Below, one piece after another: positions 62,117 through 64,000 of a stretch of 64,000 bases of DNA (position 1 is the stretch's first letter; each line of letters opens with the position of its first letter). Source of the stretch: an uncultured Planctomycetota bacterium (lineage in GTDB: Bacteria; Planctomycetota; Planctomycetia; Gemmatales; Gemmataceae); the NCBI GenBank assembly GCA_963849325.1, contig CAWKHF010000012.1, forward strand, positions 928,001-992,000, given 5' to 3'. Both the position numbers and the translations under genes were made by a program. The notes under the pieces are model-generated. The model saw nothing but the letters and a program-made list of their open reading frames with translations, searched no databases and was not told the origin of the DNA.

Positions 62117-64000
62117 ATGAATCTCAAAGAATTCGACGCCAAGCAGTTCATGCTGGAAAAGGGCGAACGGGTCGGCCTGGGCGTCGCCCTGACGCTGATG
62201 GTCCTGATGCTGATTTTCAGTCTCTTCATGCCGTCGGGCGGCCTGTTCAGCCCCAGCCCGGTGAAGAATGCCGCCGTCCTGAAAGAAGGCTCCGATCAAC
62301 TGCAAACCGCGCTCAACACGGCCCAGCCGGGTCCCAACGACAAGCCCGGCACCAGCGAAGGCAAGCTGATCGACCTGGACACCCGGGCTCTCGCTTCCGA
62401 GACCTACGAGCTAGGCGGGTGGTTTGAATCGACGCGCTCCGGCGAACAGGGTCGGCGCCCGCCGACGATCCTGAATGTCGATCAGGCCGTCGCCGTGGCC
62501 GCCCACATCCCCGTCGATGGCTATCTTTTCACGAGCAATTTCAAGCGGATCACGATCCTCAAGGATCCGGAGCGGGGCAACCGAAACACCTCTCCCGGCC
62601 CGGGCCGAGGTAGCTCTTCGATGTCCCGGATGTACCAGGGGGCCTCGGCGGGCAACCCGAGACAGAGGGGCCGGTTCAGCAGCAACGCCGGACAAATTCA
62701 GGGGGCCGAAGAAAAGCCCGAATACATCGCCCAAACGGTCGATCTGGAAAAGCTCGATCCCTCGGCCCACCTGGCCCGGCAGCTTCGGCCGGCGCGCATG
62801 GCCATCATCGCCGGCAGTTTCCCCCTCAAGGCCCAGGTGGAGGAATTCAAGAGCAAGCTGCGCCTCTCCTCGCTCCAGGACGTTTTTTACGACACGGTGG
62901 AGGAGAACAAGGACAACAAGTTGAATTCCTTCCGCTTCCTGGGCGTGCAGGTCCAGCGTCAGGAGCTGGACGCCCACGACAAGGTGGTGAGCGACTGGAG
63001 CGACCTGAACCTGTCCGACTCCTACAAGATCTGGCTGCTCTATAGCGGCCTGCCGTTCGAGGTAGACGATCCCAAGTACGCTCCGATCGAGTGGAACGGC
63101 CTGGTAATGCCGCTCTTGCGTGAATTCCACGAAGAGAGTCCGCAGAATGCGATGGCCATGATGGGAGGGCCGCCCATGTCCCCCGGCGGCCGGTCGCCCG
63201 CGCCGCAGGAAGCGCCGCGCAAGGAGGGCGAGTCGAAGTATCCCGACCTCGCCGGCCAGGTGCCGAACCTGAAAACGACGCTCGCCGCCCTGGCCGACGC
63301 CGGTCCCAAGTCGGTCGCCGCGCCGCCGTCGCAGTTCCAGACCAAGGACTTCGACCCCTTCAATCCGACTCCTCCCGCCGCCGAGGACGCGAACAATCCG
63401 ATGCCCAGCCGACCGCCGACCACTGGCCCCGGCGACAACGCCCCGGAAATGACCATCCCCGAACACTGCCTGGTGCGGCTAGTCGATGTCACGATCGAGC
63501 CGGGCAAGTTCTACCGCTATCGCTTCAAGGTCAAGATGGCCAATCCCAACTACAACAATCCCAACGTGGCCTCGCCCGCCTACAAGACCGCCAAGGAGCT
63601 AGCGTCGGAGAAGTGGTACGAGTTGCCGCAGACGGTTCGCGTGCCGACCGAACGGTTCTACTACGTCGTGGACCAGAAGGTGCTCAGTCCCAAGGAGAAG
63701 GTGGCGCGGGAAAGCCCGCTGAACAGCATCTGGTACGCCCGACCCGACCTCGATCGGCAGGCGGTCTTCCAGTTCCATCGCTGGATCGAATCGACGCCGA
63801 TCATTCCCGACGGCGAACCGGTGCCGATCGGCGACTGGGCCATCGCCGACCGTGTCTTCGTCGCTCGCGGCGAGTACGTCGGCCAGACCGTGAAGGTGGA
63901 CCTGCCGGTCTGGAAGTATACGCAGGACTCGTTCGTCATCCCGACCGAGGACCAGCGCAAGCGCGTCCGCGGCAAAGTCCCGACCGGCGTCCACGTTAAC
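62117..64000 (+). CDS. Membrane-anchored hypothetical protein of the pil operon (runs off the window)
   Basis: AAAGGA RBS, MNLKEFDAKQFMLEKGERVGLGVALTLMVLMLIFSL; later VRLVDVTIEPGKFYRYRFKVKMANPNY; absent from the ORF track because no stop falls in the window. Confidence 0.75.
   Translation, partial: MNLKEFDAKQFMLEKGERVGLGVALTLMVLMLIFSLFMPSGGLFSPSPVKNAAVLKEGSDQLQTALNTAQPGPNDKPGTSEGKLIDLDTRALASETYELGGWFESTRSGEQGRRPPTILNVDQAVAVAAHIPVDGYLFTSNFKRITILKDPERGNRNTSPGPGRGSSSMSRMYQGASAGNPRQRGRFSSNAGQIQGAEEKPEYIAQTVDLEKLDPSAHLARQLRPARMAIIAGSFPLKAQVEEFKSKLRLSSLQDVFYDTVEENKDNKLNSFRFLGVQVQRQELDAHDKVVSDWSDLNLSDSYKIWLLYSGLPFEVDDPKYAPIEWNGLVMPLLREFHEESPQNAMAMMGGPPMSPGGRSPAPQEAPRKEGESKYPDLAGQVPNLKTTLAALADAGPKSVAAPPSQFQTKDFDPFNPTPPAAEDANNPMPSRPPTTGPGDNAPEMTIPEHCLVRLVDVTIEPGKFYRYRFKVKMANPNYNNPNVASPAYKTAKELASEKWYELPQTVRVPTERFYYVVDQKVLSPKEKVARESPLNSIWYARPDLDRQAVFQFHRWIESTPIIPDGEPVPIGDWAIADRVFVARGEYVGQTVKVDLPVWKYTQDSFVIPTEDQRKRVRGKVPTGVHVN

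Noticed and set aside
60079-62229. Long antisense or alternate-frame ORFs (for example 60079-62229, 22451-24199, 28195-29847, 11253-12899)
   Set aside because: These are shadow ORFs opposite well-supported genes, expected in high-GC DNA, and have no recognisable motifs.
1-64000. tRNA, rRNA, integron integrase, reverse transcriptase or cas genes
   Set aside because: None recognised by eye; a tRNAscan/Infernal/HMM run would be needed to exclude them formally.

Overview
GC-rich bacterial DNA, almost certainly a planctomycete (Gemmataceae-like), judged from the DUF1559 prepilin-like gene, two DUF1501 genes, a PSD1/planctomycete cytochrome c gene, DUF4159, a BBP2 porin and sulfatases. Many conserved genes (mutS, argJ, DUF1501, ClC, nucleotide-sugar enzymes, pilM) are broken by single-base indels. 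These look like long-read consensus errors, so I report those genes as joined CDSs. I saw no rRNA, tRNA or CRISPR array. Highlights: (1) An intact IS110/IS1111-type element (about 30691-32145) whose downstream non-coding region carries guide-like matches to both halves of its own insertion site. That site is an integron attC-like sequence flanking a decayed DUF433/DUF5615 toxin-antitoxin cassette. (2) A C39-peptidase-like gene next to a secreted 12-Cys protein with a double-glycine motif (candidate RiPP-like or processed-peptide system). (3) A DedA protein carrying a duplicated 24-aa insert whose two copies differ only at synonymous sites. (4) A low-GC ParB-like/TPR gene pair (candidate toxin-immunity). 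(5) Several families of intergenic hairpins built from 7-nt or 9-nt repeats or REP-like units. (6) A possible extended c-di-GMP-I riboswitch upstream of a regulator and a pilM-pilN fusion. All family assignments come from motif recognition by eye, not from database searches.
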